The notes beneath the pieces are model-generated. The model ran no database searches, was not told the origin of the DNA, and saw only the letters and a program-made list of their open reading frames with translations. A stretch of DNA of 64,000 nucleotides, from positions 21,004,642 to 21,068,641 of the forward strand of contig CP154954.1 of NCBI GenBank assembly GCA_039621445.1, in the 5' to 3' direction. Each line of letters starts with the position of its first letter. Position 1 is the first letter of the stretch. Below are positions 52,201-64,000 of this stretch, one piece after another. The position numbers were made by a program, and so were the translations under genes. This DNA comes from Euglena gracilis. Its lineage: Eukaryota.

Positions 52201-52626
52201 TCGTGATGGAATGTGTACTGTGAGCGGGAAAAAAATAAGTATCAGCAGGGCCGTTTTTGGCAAGGAAGAGGAGATTACCGCTGGGATCCGCACCAACGAA
52301 ACCCACCTTGAAGCCGCCCCTATCGCGAATCCCAGCACAGCTGTAGAGATGGTGTTAGGGCGAATCTCTGGTGTATGCTGCAGCCTCCAACATTGGATGG
52401 AGTCCGGTGCCTGCCTAATTACAACTGGCAGTTCTGCTTGTCTTCCTTGGTGGCCAGTGGCTTGGCGCAAGGGCATTGGCCCTTTCTGGATTCCATTCTT
52501 TAAACGAAGCCAGCAGCTCCCCGTTTGCATGCTGCGGCTGTGGCTGCCTCTGTGCGAGCCCTGCAGCGCCTCACACCTGCCAGATCGCTCAGGACGGGTC
52601 CCCCCATGCCACCACACAACCTGTGC

Positions 52627-52683
<57 letters not shown>

Positions 52684-55264
52684 TGAAAAATGTGATGAAT
52701 CCTTTTGTGATACCATTTTTGGCCAGTTTTTTTTTAAACCCACAACTGTCCCAGCTAGCCAGATACGGGCGCAGAGGGCTGTGGTAATCGACGTGTGTTT
52801 GAATGAGGCCATCAAAACAAAAGAAACAAATTTGGTTTTTGCCAACACACGTCTGGTTACGCAGAACCCAACCCATGCTGGGTTTGTTCCCTTTTCCGGA
52901 GAAGCAGTCGTTTCCGACAGGGCGTGGTATGCCTGGAACGGCCCCCGTGAAGCGTGCCTGACCCCCCCCCACATCCAGGGCCAACACGCCACTCACCCTG
53001 GCAGTGCCTCAAGGCGGAGATGGAGGAGCTGATCGACCTGCGGTGGAATTTCGTCCGCCTGAAGTGCTCCCTGGCGGAGGACGGCGACCAGGCGAGCGGG
53101 CCGAAGCGGTCCGCGGCGGGACCGGCGCCGGGCAGCGCCGGGCGTCCTTTGGCGCTACCCACCATGCCCTGGGGTCGACATTACGTTTGCCATCTGTTCG
53201 GGTTCGGGTTTTGCTCTTGCGGCGTCTTTGCTGTGTTTTTGGAGGTTCCTTGTGTCTGGTCTGTCTAGTTCTACTGCTTGGGCACTTTATGTCTGGGGGT
53301 GGCTTTGTACCCGGCCCTCAACCCCGACCCCTGGGGCAGGGGGGGGGGAGGGGGGTGCTTTAGATCTGGGAGGTTTCCGCCTCGAGAAACTGTCCACCGA
53401 CAGGCCAGCAGTGTCGGAGGGAGGACAACAGCCTCGGCGATCACAGAGACAGGCAGCAGCGCCACAGGGACAAATAGCAACTCCCGACTTGGCACCCGTG
53501 TTGGGGGTGTGGCTGGGGGGGCAGTGGGCCTGACGCCGCAGCGGAAGCCCCACCAGTGCCGGCACCTCCGCCGGGCTGCAGGCGTCGCTCAGCGGAAGCA
53601 CCGACCGCTTCTCTCTGGCCACGGGCATTGCCACAAACCCTCTCGTGAACTTTGCTGGTCTGTTTGTCTCCCGTATCACACTGCGCCTCCGTGTGAGTCA
53701 ACCAGGTTGAATTACCTCAAACCTGGCTTTCACCCAAAGAAAAAAGTGGTGAGCAGCCAAAGTGAGACGTTGGCATCCAAAATTGTAATATGCCTCCGCA
53801 GTTCAAAAACAGGAGTACACCCGTCGACGTCAGAACGTGGGGATTCGAAAGGGTCCAAATGAGGGCGGGTCGTTTTCGGCATTTCATCCACGCGGACCAC
53901 ACTGCTCACCCCCTCCCCCCCGCCCCCCTACCGCCGCCCCGCCGCGTGGCTGGCCAGTGCCCTGCCGGCGGCCTCCCTTGTGTCTCCGATGGGCCACTCC
54001 GCCAGTGCCTTCACCTCCATGCGGTCCCGCCCAACGCTGGCATCTGCCTCCCCCCCCCCTCTACAGCTTTCTGGGAGTCCCACACACCCTTTGGGTGGTG
54101 GGGAGGTGGGGGTGGCGGGGTAGACCGCCCCCGCCCCACCCCCCAGCCTGAGGGTCTGACCCCCTTCCCATTTTCCAAGGAAAAATTGGCTTGGTCTGCA
54201 CCGGAACCCAAACCCGACCCCCCCCCCCTGCTGTGGGCAGGCACCCCATAGCACAAGAAGGCCTGACTCTTTTGGGCAGGAGTTTCTCACTCCCAGGGGC
54301 GGTCGATTCTCTCCGCCAGTCGTTTCCGTACAGTCCACACCGAGTGGCCGTTGCAGAGGTCCCAAGGCAGGCTTCTGAAAGATCCAGAGGGAAGGCACAC
54401 CGGGATTGGCCTGGTGGAGAGCTGATTCCGGAGTGCGGGCAAAAAGTTGGCCAAATTCTCCCAGGTTTCACGCCCTGCAAGGTGATCGCGGAGAGCCAGA
54501 GCCGGACATCCCACCGGCCAAACAAGGGCCAACTTCAGCAAACTCAAACATCCGAAACGACTACGTATTTCAGCGGCAACACGGTGTCCTGGGGCTCCGC
54601 GGGTCGCCGGGGTTGGGTTTTGCGAGGCCTGGGAGTTGGGTTGGCCGGGAGTTGGGTTGGCCGGGAGTTGGGTTGGCCGGGAGTTGGGTTGGCCGGGGGT
54701 TGGGTTGGCCGGGGGTTGGGGGAGCCAGACGGAGGCTGGGGGGGGGTCCTGTTGGGTCGACCGACTCAGTTGTTGGCCGACCGCCCCGACACCCCTCCCC
54801 CAGGCCAACGTCGCCGGGGTTGGGTCCGCGCCGCCGGTGCCCCCCCGCCACGGGGGGCATGGCCCCCCCGGCCACCCGCCGGCCCACTGCCATGAGGTCC
54901 CGTGGATCCGCGGTGCCTTTGTCCCCAACCCAGAGTGGTGGGGTGGGGGCCGCCCATGCGGTGCATTGGTGCCACGCCTGCCCGTTGTTCCCAACCCGTC
55001 ACCCCTGCCGTCCCCCGTCCCCAACCGCAGTATGTGAGCCTGTCTAACAAAAACGTGTTGTTTTTCCTTTCTGAGAGATTTCCATCAATGGCGAAAACTT
55101 TTCTCATCGGCGAATCCGAGAGGACAGCTTTTCGTGGAAAACCTATCCAGAAACCCACAAAGTATGTGAATACCTGCACACAACACATGTGCACATGCAC
55201 ACGCATACATGCACAGAACACGCACACACATACACACGCACAGAACGCACGCACGCACGCACGG

Positions 55265-55313
<49 letters not shown>

Positions 55314-58300
55314 ACACCTTCATGTGTGCACACAAACACACAAACACACACAGATGTACAGACGCCATATCCCTGCGGGGGTGAGAGAGGACATCAACCG
55401 CAAATTGGTGTTTGTCTTTTCTTCTGTCCCTGGCCAGGGAGAGTGCCAATGGAGCGCCGTGCGGCACATGCGGCGGGCGTACCTCCAGGCCCAGACCACC
55501 ACCGCCCGTGACCAACTGCAACGCCGTGCACCAGAGCCAGGCATGGATGGACTCAGATTTCTCGAGGATGACTCCCCTGCAGGAAGCCAGTGTGTCCCAC
55601 CGAGACCCTGAGCAGGGATTCGATGAGGCAACACTGGTTGGTCATTTTTTTTCATTTTTTCCCGACCTGGGGGGCATGCCCTCCACCAAAGCTTAACACA
55701 GCAAAATTGCACAGAATGGAATGGAATGCATTTCCATTCTTTGTGAAAGTTTTGTCACCAGTATGGAATGGGTATTATTTATTATGTATAAATTACATAA
55801 TACATGATATAACATAATACAATACAATACAATACAATACAATACAATACAATACAATACAATGCAATATAATATAATATGATACAACATAATATAATAT
55901 AATATAATATAATATAATATAACATAATATAATATAATTTTATATAACATAATGTAATGTAATGTAATGTAATGTAATGTAATGTAATGTAATGTAATGT
56001 AATGTAATGTAATGTAATATAGATTATTCTTATTTTATCACAAATTGATAATATAATTAAAAGTAAATTATTATTTTTAATATTTTATATGCGTATATTA
56101 TTATAATAAACAAATATATTTCCCCCCACACACATCACCCCCCACTGTCCGGAGTGCATTCTGCCGCTGCTTGTTTTTGTCTCAACCCCCCCCCCCCCAG
56201 CCAGCCCTGCCCGGACCTGTACGAGGCGCTCACCGCGGAGACCGCGGAGGCGGCCGCGGCACAGCAGGCAGGGGCCGCCCGGTCTGCCAAGGCCCTGGAC
56301 GCGCGGGTGGCGTACGGCCGGGGGCCGGCTGGCGGTCAGCCGAGCTGTGTCCGGAGGTTGTGGCGCGGGTGGGAGAGAGTCACATATTGCGAAATGGTTG
56401 ATGCACTTCAAGCGGCTGACAACAGTTGAACATTTTTTGATTATTCTTCCGCCATTGTTGCCGTTGTCAGCATTGTGCAATGTTTTACATTCCATTCTCA
56501 TTCCAAAGAAAACGGTTCAATGAATTGTTTAATGTGCAATTGAGCTTTTGGAAGTGAGCATGAGAAGGCCCGTGCCATCTTCTGATGGCCTTGGGGGGGA
56601 TTTCGGCTGTTCGTGTGTCTGATCTGTGAACCGTGGTTCAAGCCTGGGGACAACGAACCAGATCACCCGGCGAACGCTTTGGCCCTGGCTGGGTCAACCA
56701 GCCCGGCCTCCCCTCCCATCGCGCTGCTGTATGACGCGCTTGACAAACTGGAAGCAAGCAGTGGTCCTTTGCACTCTGCAATGGTTTTGGAAACAGGTTG
56801 TCCCACAGGTCTTCGGCAGTCCACGGCTGTCCAGATGAATATTTATTGTTTTTTTTTTCAGAACTAATTACTAGGGCAGGGATCAGGTTATGGGGTGGAC
56901 ATTTTATGACAGGTTATGGGCATTTTAAGCGCCTTAAAAGCCTCCTGCCCCTAGGCACCGAGGCCCCAAGGGGGGCTAATTTTAAGGGAAATCAGCCTGG
57001 GTTGGTCCATTCGGTCCTGAAACCGACCCCCAGGGCAGAGGGGGAGCGCAGGCACCCCAAAGCCCAAAGCATCCTGCCCCTGGGGTTTGGAAACAGTACA
57101 ATGTATTGTGCTGGTCTTTGGAGACCTTCTCGGCGGACACCGCAAATCCAGGATTTTGGTGCGGGCCATTTGGTTGGGGGTGGGGGTTTCGATGGGGCCC
57201 ACCCCTGAGACCTGTGCTTGGCGCCGGGCCGCCCTGCAGCAGGTCACGGGGGCCATCGCGAAGGAGGCGCAGGCCCGCGTGGCGGACTTGCTGCAGGACC
57301 TGCTCGAGATGGCCAGGCGGAGGCGCACCATGAAAAGTGGTGCGGCCAGTCTTTTTCGGGGAGGTTGGGGTTCCGACGGCGTACCTTGATTCTTATGAAG
57401 CCATGCTTTCAAAACATAGGCTTGTTTCCAAAAAGGTGTCCTCCAACTGGGGGGGGGGTGGTCGTTAGACATGGGGTCAAAAAAAATCGGAGGGTACCCG
57501 GGACCCCACCTCCCAAAAAGGTCAAAATTTCCTTCTGGCGCTATGCGCCAAAATTTTGGGCATTTAGGGCAAAATTTTTGTGCCAAAAAGTGCAAAAAAA
57601 AATGGATTTTTGGCCAATTTTTGGCCCCCTGGTCATTCCACAAATGGGGTGACAAACTGGCCTGCACAGGGTGGAAATTGTGCGTGTGTATAAAAGCTAA
57701 TATCTACCCCCCATGTCCAACGACCCCCTATGTCCAACGAACCCTAATTCTAACCCCCCCAGTCGGAGGACACCTTTTCGGAGGTTTGGCCAGATTTTTG
57801 GCTGGGCATGAAGCGCGCAGCGCCGGGCCGAAAGTTTTTGAGCCTAAAAGCGACAGGAATGCCAAAAAAAATTCTAATAATTTTTGTGATAAGAATTCAT
57901 TCCACATGGGTTAATACTCTGAAAACACAGGAACGTTGGGCATGTGAAATGCTCCAGAGTTGTGATGTTCAACGAGATAAAAGGTCACCATTTATTTCCC
58001 ACGCGGGAGGTTCCAAAAATAGGTCCAAAAAAGGTCAATTTTTGGCAAAAGCAAAAAAGTCGCGAAAATTCCAGTTTTGGCACGTGCAAAATGGACATAA
58101 ATCGAAAGATGACAAAAATCACCCATTTTGGCGGGCATTTCCACAGTTTGAGGGGGGTCTAATTTTGGATCCTCCCCAACTGGATTTTTGCTGAAAATCG
58201 GCAGGGGGTCTTGTTTGGGGGGGGGGGGGTAATTTTGGGGTTTTTATTATTGGGAGGGGGTTTAGGGCTTGACATTTCACAACAAAAACCACAAAATCCA

Positions 58301-59760
58301 AATGTTGAAATGGTTTTGAAACCTCTTGTTCTTTCTGTCACACACACAATTATTATTGTACAATTACTTCTTTTTCAACTATTTTTTATTTGGGGAGCGG
58401 CCTGCTCCCCCCCCCCCCACCGTCGGTGCCCTCAGTGCCGCGGCCTGGGGGTGGGATATCGGGCAGACCGTGTACTGAAGTCCACCACTCGGATGCGGCT
58501 GGAGTGGAGCCCCGAGACCCAGGGTTGCCCCCCCGTCCCATTTGCATGTTTGCACCTGCAGTTTCCCCTGGACCCAACCCCCCTTCTTAATGGGCAGCGC
58601 TCTACTTCCTTCTTTCCCCCCAAAAATAAGACCCCCCTTGGGATTTTCAGCAACTGACCCAAAGAGTCAGGGTCCTATTTGGGGGGGGATTACTCAATAC
58701 CACACATGAAGACAGTCTGTTTTTGAAGTACGGATACACATGGAAAAACATGATGCGACAAAGCAGCCTACCGGGACAAATTGGGCAGCACAGTGGGTGC
58801 GACCCCCTCCCCCGACCACCACGGCAAATCGCAAGAGGGAAGTTCCGTCGGATCTGGCGGGCAGAAGTCCACTTCTGGCTTGAACACCGGCACTGCTGGA
58901 AACCCAGAGGGGGTGGTGTGTGGGCGGACCCCCCCCAAGCAGGGTCCAGGGTTTAGGGCCGGTGGAAGGGGTCCCTGGCCACTCACCACACACACTGATC
59001 CAGAAGCGAAGGTAGTGCCGGCCACCAACAGACAAGAAGCCTGAGGGCAACCAAGGGAGTCGCCCCCCCCCCCCCCACCACGCCTTCCTCACAGACTCTG
59101 CCCATGGCGGGGAGGGGGGGGGGGGGGCCGCCCAGGGGGGCCTCAAACCGGGCGGGGGGCGGATGGCGGCAGTGGCGGGGCGGCCTTCGGCGGGGGCCAG
59201 CCCTGCGGGCGGCGTCCGGCTGCTGTGCGGCGCCGCCGCCTCCCCCAAGACCGCTGTGCAGCGGCGGCCGGCCAGCAGCATCGAACCCCTCCAGGCCGGG
59301 GCGGGGCCCGGCCTGCAGGGGTGACGACATTGCCTCTGGTTTGTCCTCGGAGCCATCTCGTCTCGGTGGTTGAACGGGAGCGCGGTTTTGTTGCAATTTT
59401 GGGTTTGTGATTCTGAACAAACGCAGCACTTATTTTTCCAGATTTTGTTTGGTGGTTTGCCATGATTGCTGCTGTTGATGATTGGATTGATGCTCGGGCA
59501 ACAGTTGGCCGTGCCCCCACCGGGGGCCTGCTGTGGGTGCCCTGCGGCATTCGCCCCTCCACCGCCCCCCCCCCCCAACCACCGGGGCCCCGCCCCGCGG
59601 CCCCCGACGGAGACCATCCTCCTGCTGCGGGCGTCCTGCCGCCGCGGCCTCGCCCCGGAGTGCGCCCGCCTCCTGATGGAGTTCCGCGACCTCTCCGCGT
59701 CGTACGCCGCCCTGCTCCTGACCGCCGTGGACTCCGAGCTCTCCGCCACCGTCGCTGCCG
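46281..59760 (+). CDS. Large multi-exon orphan gene (>=17 short exons), 3' end not found
   Basis: GC3-rich exons with conventional and non-conventional junctions: 46281-46334, 46809-46926, 47167-47188, 47365-~47512 (AYDADLQGVLTELHDSIAEFY), ~48107-48188, ~49395-49500, ~50580-50690, ~51250-51420, ~53002-53130 (LKAEMEELIDLRWNFVRLKC), ~55440-55530, ~56200-56325, ~56630-56751, 57226-~57330, ~58425-58516, 59211-~59270, ~59600-59760. Only some joins were verified in frame; start uncertain. Confidence 0.6.
48400..48650. repeat. (TAATG)n/(TAATA)n satellite
   Basis: Direct reading; similar tract at 55800-56020. Confidence 0.95.
48952..49026. repeat. (GCCATT)n microsatellite
   Basis: Direct reading. 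Confidence 0.95.
49763..50467. mobile_element. Second copy of the GCGCATTTT-rich MITE
   Basis: Same termini as 26530-27006; direct repeat CATCCAG on both sides. Confidence 0.72.
54632..54720. repeat. 16-bp G-rich minisatellite GGRGTTGGGTTGGCCG
   Basis: About five tandem units. Confidence 0.9.
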
Positions 59761-62322
59761 GCCGGCAGGGCCCAACCCCCCCCCCACCCCAATATAGACC
59801 GTCGGCTGAAAACTGCATGAAAGTTTCCCCCGTGTTGGCAGAACTCGCTGCCCCACACCCCCATCAGCACTGTTTATTCCAAGGATTATTGTTTCTATTC
59901 CATCACCGTCATTCACTCATCTCCATCATCGTTTACCGTATTCAGCACCGTCGTTCGTTCGGCAGCGGGTTTTTCGAGGGTCGTCCCACCATCCCCTGCC
60001 GGAGTTGTCGACGCGCTTGGTCCATCCGTTTCTCTGCTCGGGTGCCGGCTTTCCGGCAATTTTGGGCCCTGTCGGCCTCCTGCCAGCTCCGCGCGTTCCA
60101 GCTGACTCCGTTGCCAGCAGTTGTATCGTATGTATCGCCATTGAAGCCCGAGGATGCTTTGCAGCCTCCCGTCCCCCTGACCACTTGGTGACCAGCCCAG
60201 GCTTCTTTTCGTGACGTCCCTCCAAAAAAGAGCACGATGTGCAACCAAGTGGTCTGTGTTGTTTACTTTTTCTGGTCAACCGTTGTCAGGTTGCTGCCAA
60301 CATCGGCCCAGAAGCTGTCACCTGCGTTACGCTCGCTGACTTGTGACGTCTTTGTTGGCCACGCTCCGGGAGTTCGGGAGGGGGTGTGCTCAGGTCGCCG
60401 AACATTAATGGGTGGTAGCTCGCTTACGATTGACGGCTCTTTTTGCTCGTTCTTTTCCTCTTCATTTTCATCGTATCAGAGATTTTCCCATTTGCATTCC
60501 CGGAGCTTTCCTGAAAAGAAGCCTGGAGCTGTCCTCGGTTAGGGACATCGTCGATATGGCATTTTCAACCACAGGAGGCAAATTGTCTGTGCATGGTTTT
60601 TGGGCCTCCGGCCAGGGTGGTGGGGCCCGGAAAATTAATATTCTAAAGTGAGCAGGACCCATTAAACGAGGACCATCTGCCCCCCCCCCCACCCCTCTGA
60701 GGATGGGCACCCCCCCATGCCAAACAACCTGGTGGGATTTTGGCATCCGACGGTATTCCGCCAGAGAAAAAGTTGAATTGCACTTTTAAGTTTCTTAAAT
60801 TCGCCATCCACACAGCAAATTTGCGTCCCCAGCCCCAGTTCTTTCCCTCCACCATATGCACCAGCCAACGCACCGTCTATACAAGCGTGTACCATCAAGT
60901 GTGTCCCTCCCTCTCTGGCACAGTGCGATGTGTCAATCTTCTTTTGTTGCGACGTCGTCAAAGGCAACGATGTTGAACCAACATCTCCTGGGTGATTCTA
61001 TGTTGAAAATGTTTCTCTCGCTGCAGTGTTTGTTTTTGCTCCCCCAAGCGATGTGTTTTTTTGACTGGGGGGGGGACTGCCCAGCTCAAATTTTGGGTCA
61101 GGGTGACGGCGCCTGGCGTTTTGTTTTTATTTTTGGCGTTTTTTTTTTGTATGTTGTTTTTAATTGCCCATTCCGGCCCTGGGTCGAGGCATGGCTGGGT
61201 TTTCCCAACCTTTGGGCCCATACCCACTTGAGGGCATTCGTTTCTGGGCAGATCATGTGGCATTTGAAAGTTTATTTTTCCTGCGCAAATTTCCCCCCCC
61301 CCCCCAGGACATCTGTGGCACCAATTGCCCGATGTACGGTTTTGGCGTTGTGGGTAAAACCTGTTTACCTGTTTGCAGCGTGGTGGCCCTCTTACATTTG
61401 GCTGCCCGGGAAATCTGTGGCACAGGAGGGATGGAGCATTAGCCCACGGGGGGGGGGGGGCGGCGACATCATTGCAGCGACTGCAGTCTACGCCGTGAAA
61501 TCCAGTTGTTTTTGAGGCGGGGAGTTTGACAGCCGGGCATAGAGGGGGGATCCCAATTCAGTGCAATTTTCTTTGTTCCAGGGAGAAGAACCCTGCTTAG
61601 TGCCGCCTCGCCGGAGTTGACTGACGATGCTGCTCCGACGGGGCGACGTGGCTTCTTATCCCTGTGGGGGTTCCCCCTCTCCCCCCCTGGTCCCCCTTCT
61701 CTGACCGAGGGCTTTTGAACAAAATTTTCTTTCACGGGTGGGGGGACCGGGCTCACAAGGTGTTTGTGCTTCGCCCACGGTGCTCCTTCCCCCCTTTTGG
61801 TTTTTCCACCTCGGGCTCCGCGCTGTGCCCTTGTGAGGCGTGATTGTGCACTGAAATTAGGGGGGCCAGGGCATTTTCTAAAACGCTTTGGGCCACAAGT
61901 CGTTGATAGTGGGCTGAAAAGGCCCCCACCCCCCCTCCACTAACCAATTTCAAAAACTTCTTGGGCAGAAAGGTCCAATTTTTTGAGCAAACCAAGAGAG
62001 TGGGCCCCCCTCACCTGGTAGAGTGGGCCCCCCACACCTGGGGGGGGACCCCCTGTTTGGCCAAGAATTCTTTAGTGATTGAAGCAATCGTATCAGCACT
62101 TATGGCCTTGCAGGGATTTTTAGTGAAATCAGGAGGGGACCCCCAGGGTTTACGTCAAACCAGGTTGAGGCCACAGGCCATTCGGGCTGCGCACACTGTG
62201 GGGGGTGAGGTGAGGTCCTGCTTCTTTTGCCGGCTTGTTGTGTGATTGTTTTTTGGCGGGGTCTTTCTTACTGGTTTTTGTTGCCGGAGTTGGCGGATCA
62301 CAATCGTCCTTCGAACTACAAA

Positions 62323-64000
62323 ATGAGTTTCACCATGCTGGATTTACTATCTGAAGATGAAGCGAAGTACAACAGTGCATGGGGCACTTTATTTTTAAGC
62401 ACAGACCTGCTGGGAGCATTTCTGCGAGAAACCTCTGGGGAAGATGTTCAAAGAGTTTTGACGGCAGGTTTGCGTTGGCAAGGAGGAGGCAGGAATACTG
62501 TGAGGGCGGCGAAGGAGCTGAGAGCTATCAGCGGCACATCTCTCATCAGCGCCAGCTGGGTGAAGTATCTGATGTCCTCTTGTTCTCACTCGCCTTGGTA
62601 CGTGCGATAGAAGTGCTGCAGTTAAAGCTGAGCGAGAGAGCTGGAGAGTGTGCCTTCAGGCTGGCCGAGACGTGGAAAACGCTGCTAGAAGGCGGCACCG
62701 CCGAGAAGAAAGGGAAGCAGAAGGTCGCGGCAAGCGCCGCGATGGAAGAAGACGACGAGGAGGACGAGGAAGAGGTGGCGGCGGAGACACCAGTGGAGCG
62801 GCTCCCCTGGCAAGAGGATATGACCCCACTTCCCCTCGATCTGTCGGCCTGCCTCAGGCAGGCGGCGGCAGGTCCACGATTACCCTGGAAACAAGTCCTG
62901 AACGAGCTGCCGCTCTTCCAGGACCTAAAAACGCGAGCTGAGGTCAACAACCACAACCCGGACGCCAAGGCCCCCATGGACAAGATGCTCAAAGGAGTAC
63001 AACAAAAGTTTACCCATTCGATGAGGATGATGGCCACCATCTACAGTCAGGTGGATGCATTCCCAGAGGACTATCGAGTCCTCTCCCAGCAACTCTTCTT
63101 CGCCATGGCGGAGTTAGAACAAGGACTTCGCCGAGAACGGAAGCGTCGAGGTATACCTGGAGCAATACCTTCAACGTCTCTTTTCAAAAGAAGACCTTCA
63201 GGTGGAGAGGACTCAGCAGCAGCTGAACAGTGCTGGTATGAACACACAGGTGGGTAGGGTGGAATGGTGGCATTTTCCCACCCCCACAGGCAGCCGAGGC
63301 TGGAAATTCAAAGGACGATTCAAGGGTTTCAGAGGAGGATTCAAGGGTGGAAGAGGAGGCTATGGCAGCCAAGTATGGAGAAGTCCCTGGACTTCCAAAG
63401 GGTATGGCGCCCAGTCAAATCCAGCTCCTCCCTCCTTGTCCATTGCAGGAAAAAGGGCAGAGGGAAGCCCTGACATCCAGGTCCCTGGAGAGGGCACCAG
63501 ACAGCCCCCAGATTGGGGTGAACAGAAGTCAAGCTACCCTGCTGTGGAAGGAGCAAGATGCTCCACACCCTTCTTCTTGTCCCACAACCCCACGTTCAAC
63601 GTCAGTCAGCCCCAACCAGGGGGCACAGGGCCTCAACCTGCAGCAGCAGCCAGGAGAGTGGGATGAAAAGATGGTAAAGATAATCTTGAGTCAGCAGGAA
63701 AGATGGAAAGACTCCCCTCTCTTTCAGAGGTTGAGGGAATGTCTCCCCTGGTGGAAAACCCATGCTCACCCCAAAGTGTTGCAAATGAATCAACAAGGGG
63801 TGGGGGCAGATCGACCCCTTCCAGTAAAACTTTCCACCTGTCCGCGGCAAAAGAACAAGCCAGAAACGTTACTGGCCACAGAAATTTCGGAGGATTAAAA
63901 AAAGTCAGGAGCTGTCAGAGTGGTGACAGATTCTCAAAACACCAGACATCTGGTGCCCTGGTTTGTGTTATCCAAACCAGAATGGGAGGGGGTGAAACAA
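62323..64000 (+). mobile_element. Degenerate DIRS-like (tyrosine-recombinase class) retrotransposon: gag-like ORF1 and start of RT, truncated by window end
   Basis: Intronless frameshifted ORF1 with an RGG-rich tail, overlapped by an ORF reading LRECLPWWKTHAHPKVLQMNQQGV...ED*KKSGAVRVV...HLVPWFVLSKPE, which resembles the N-terminal region of DIRS RTs. Premature TAA at 63896-63898; catalytic motif lies outside the window. Confidence 0.55.

Noticed and set aside
58694-59818. 374-aa minus-strand ORF, and 46460-47518 and 52072-52992
   Set aside because: Stop-poor antisense shadows of GC-rich exons and repeats, with no recognisable motifs.

Overview
Eukaryotic nuclear DNA, most likely from a euglenid (Euglena-like), judged from its intron style. 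It has short GC-rich exons in repeat-packed introns. Many introns are not GT-AG but follow the euglenid non-conventional pattern: exon|NNN-CAG...CTG-NNNNN|exon, with base-paired ends. By hand I spliced three co-directional + strand genes. (1) The 3' part of an unidentified gene, ending at 5713. (2) A GCN2/EIF2AK4-type eIF2-alpha kinase at about 6086-43831 with roughly 39 traced exons: C2HC zinc finger, RWD, kinase, HisRS-like and anticodon-binding-like domains. Its HRD catalytic-loop exon is not recoverable. (3) A large orphan gene from about 46281 to at least 59760. Introns hold several MITE families, microsatellites and a Ty3/gypsy relic. A degenerate DIRS-like retroelement starts near the right end. 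Main observation: young MITEs here have CAG...CTG termini and 8-bp target-site duplications (TSDs). The 3+5 nt geometry of the non-conventional introns equals one such element plus one TSD, and several introns keep the residual 8-bp repeat, which points to a hAT-like-MITE-to-intron route. All splice sites were inferred manually without RNA data, and some are ambiguous by a few nt.
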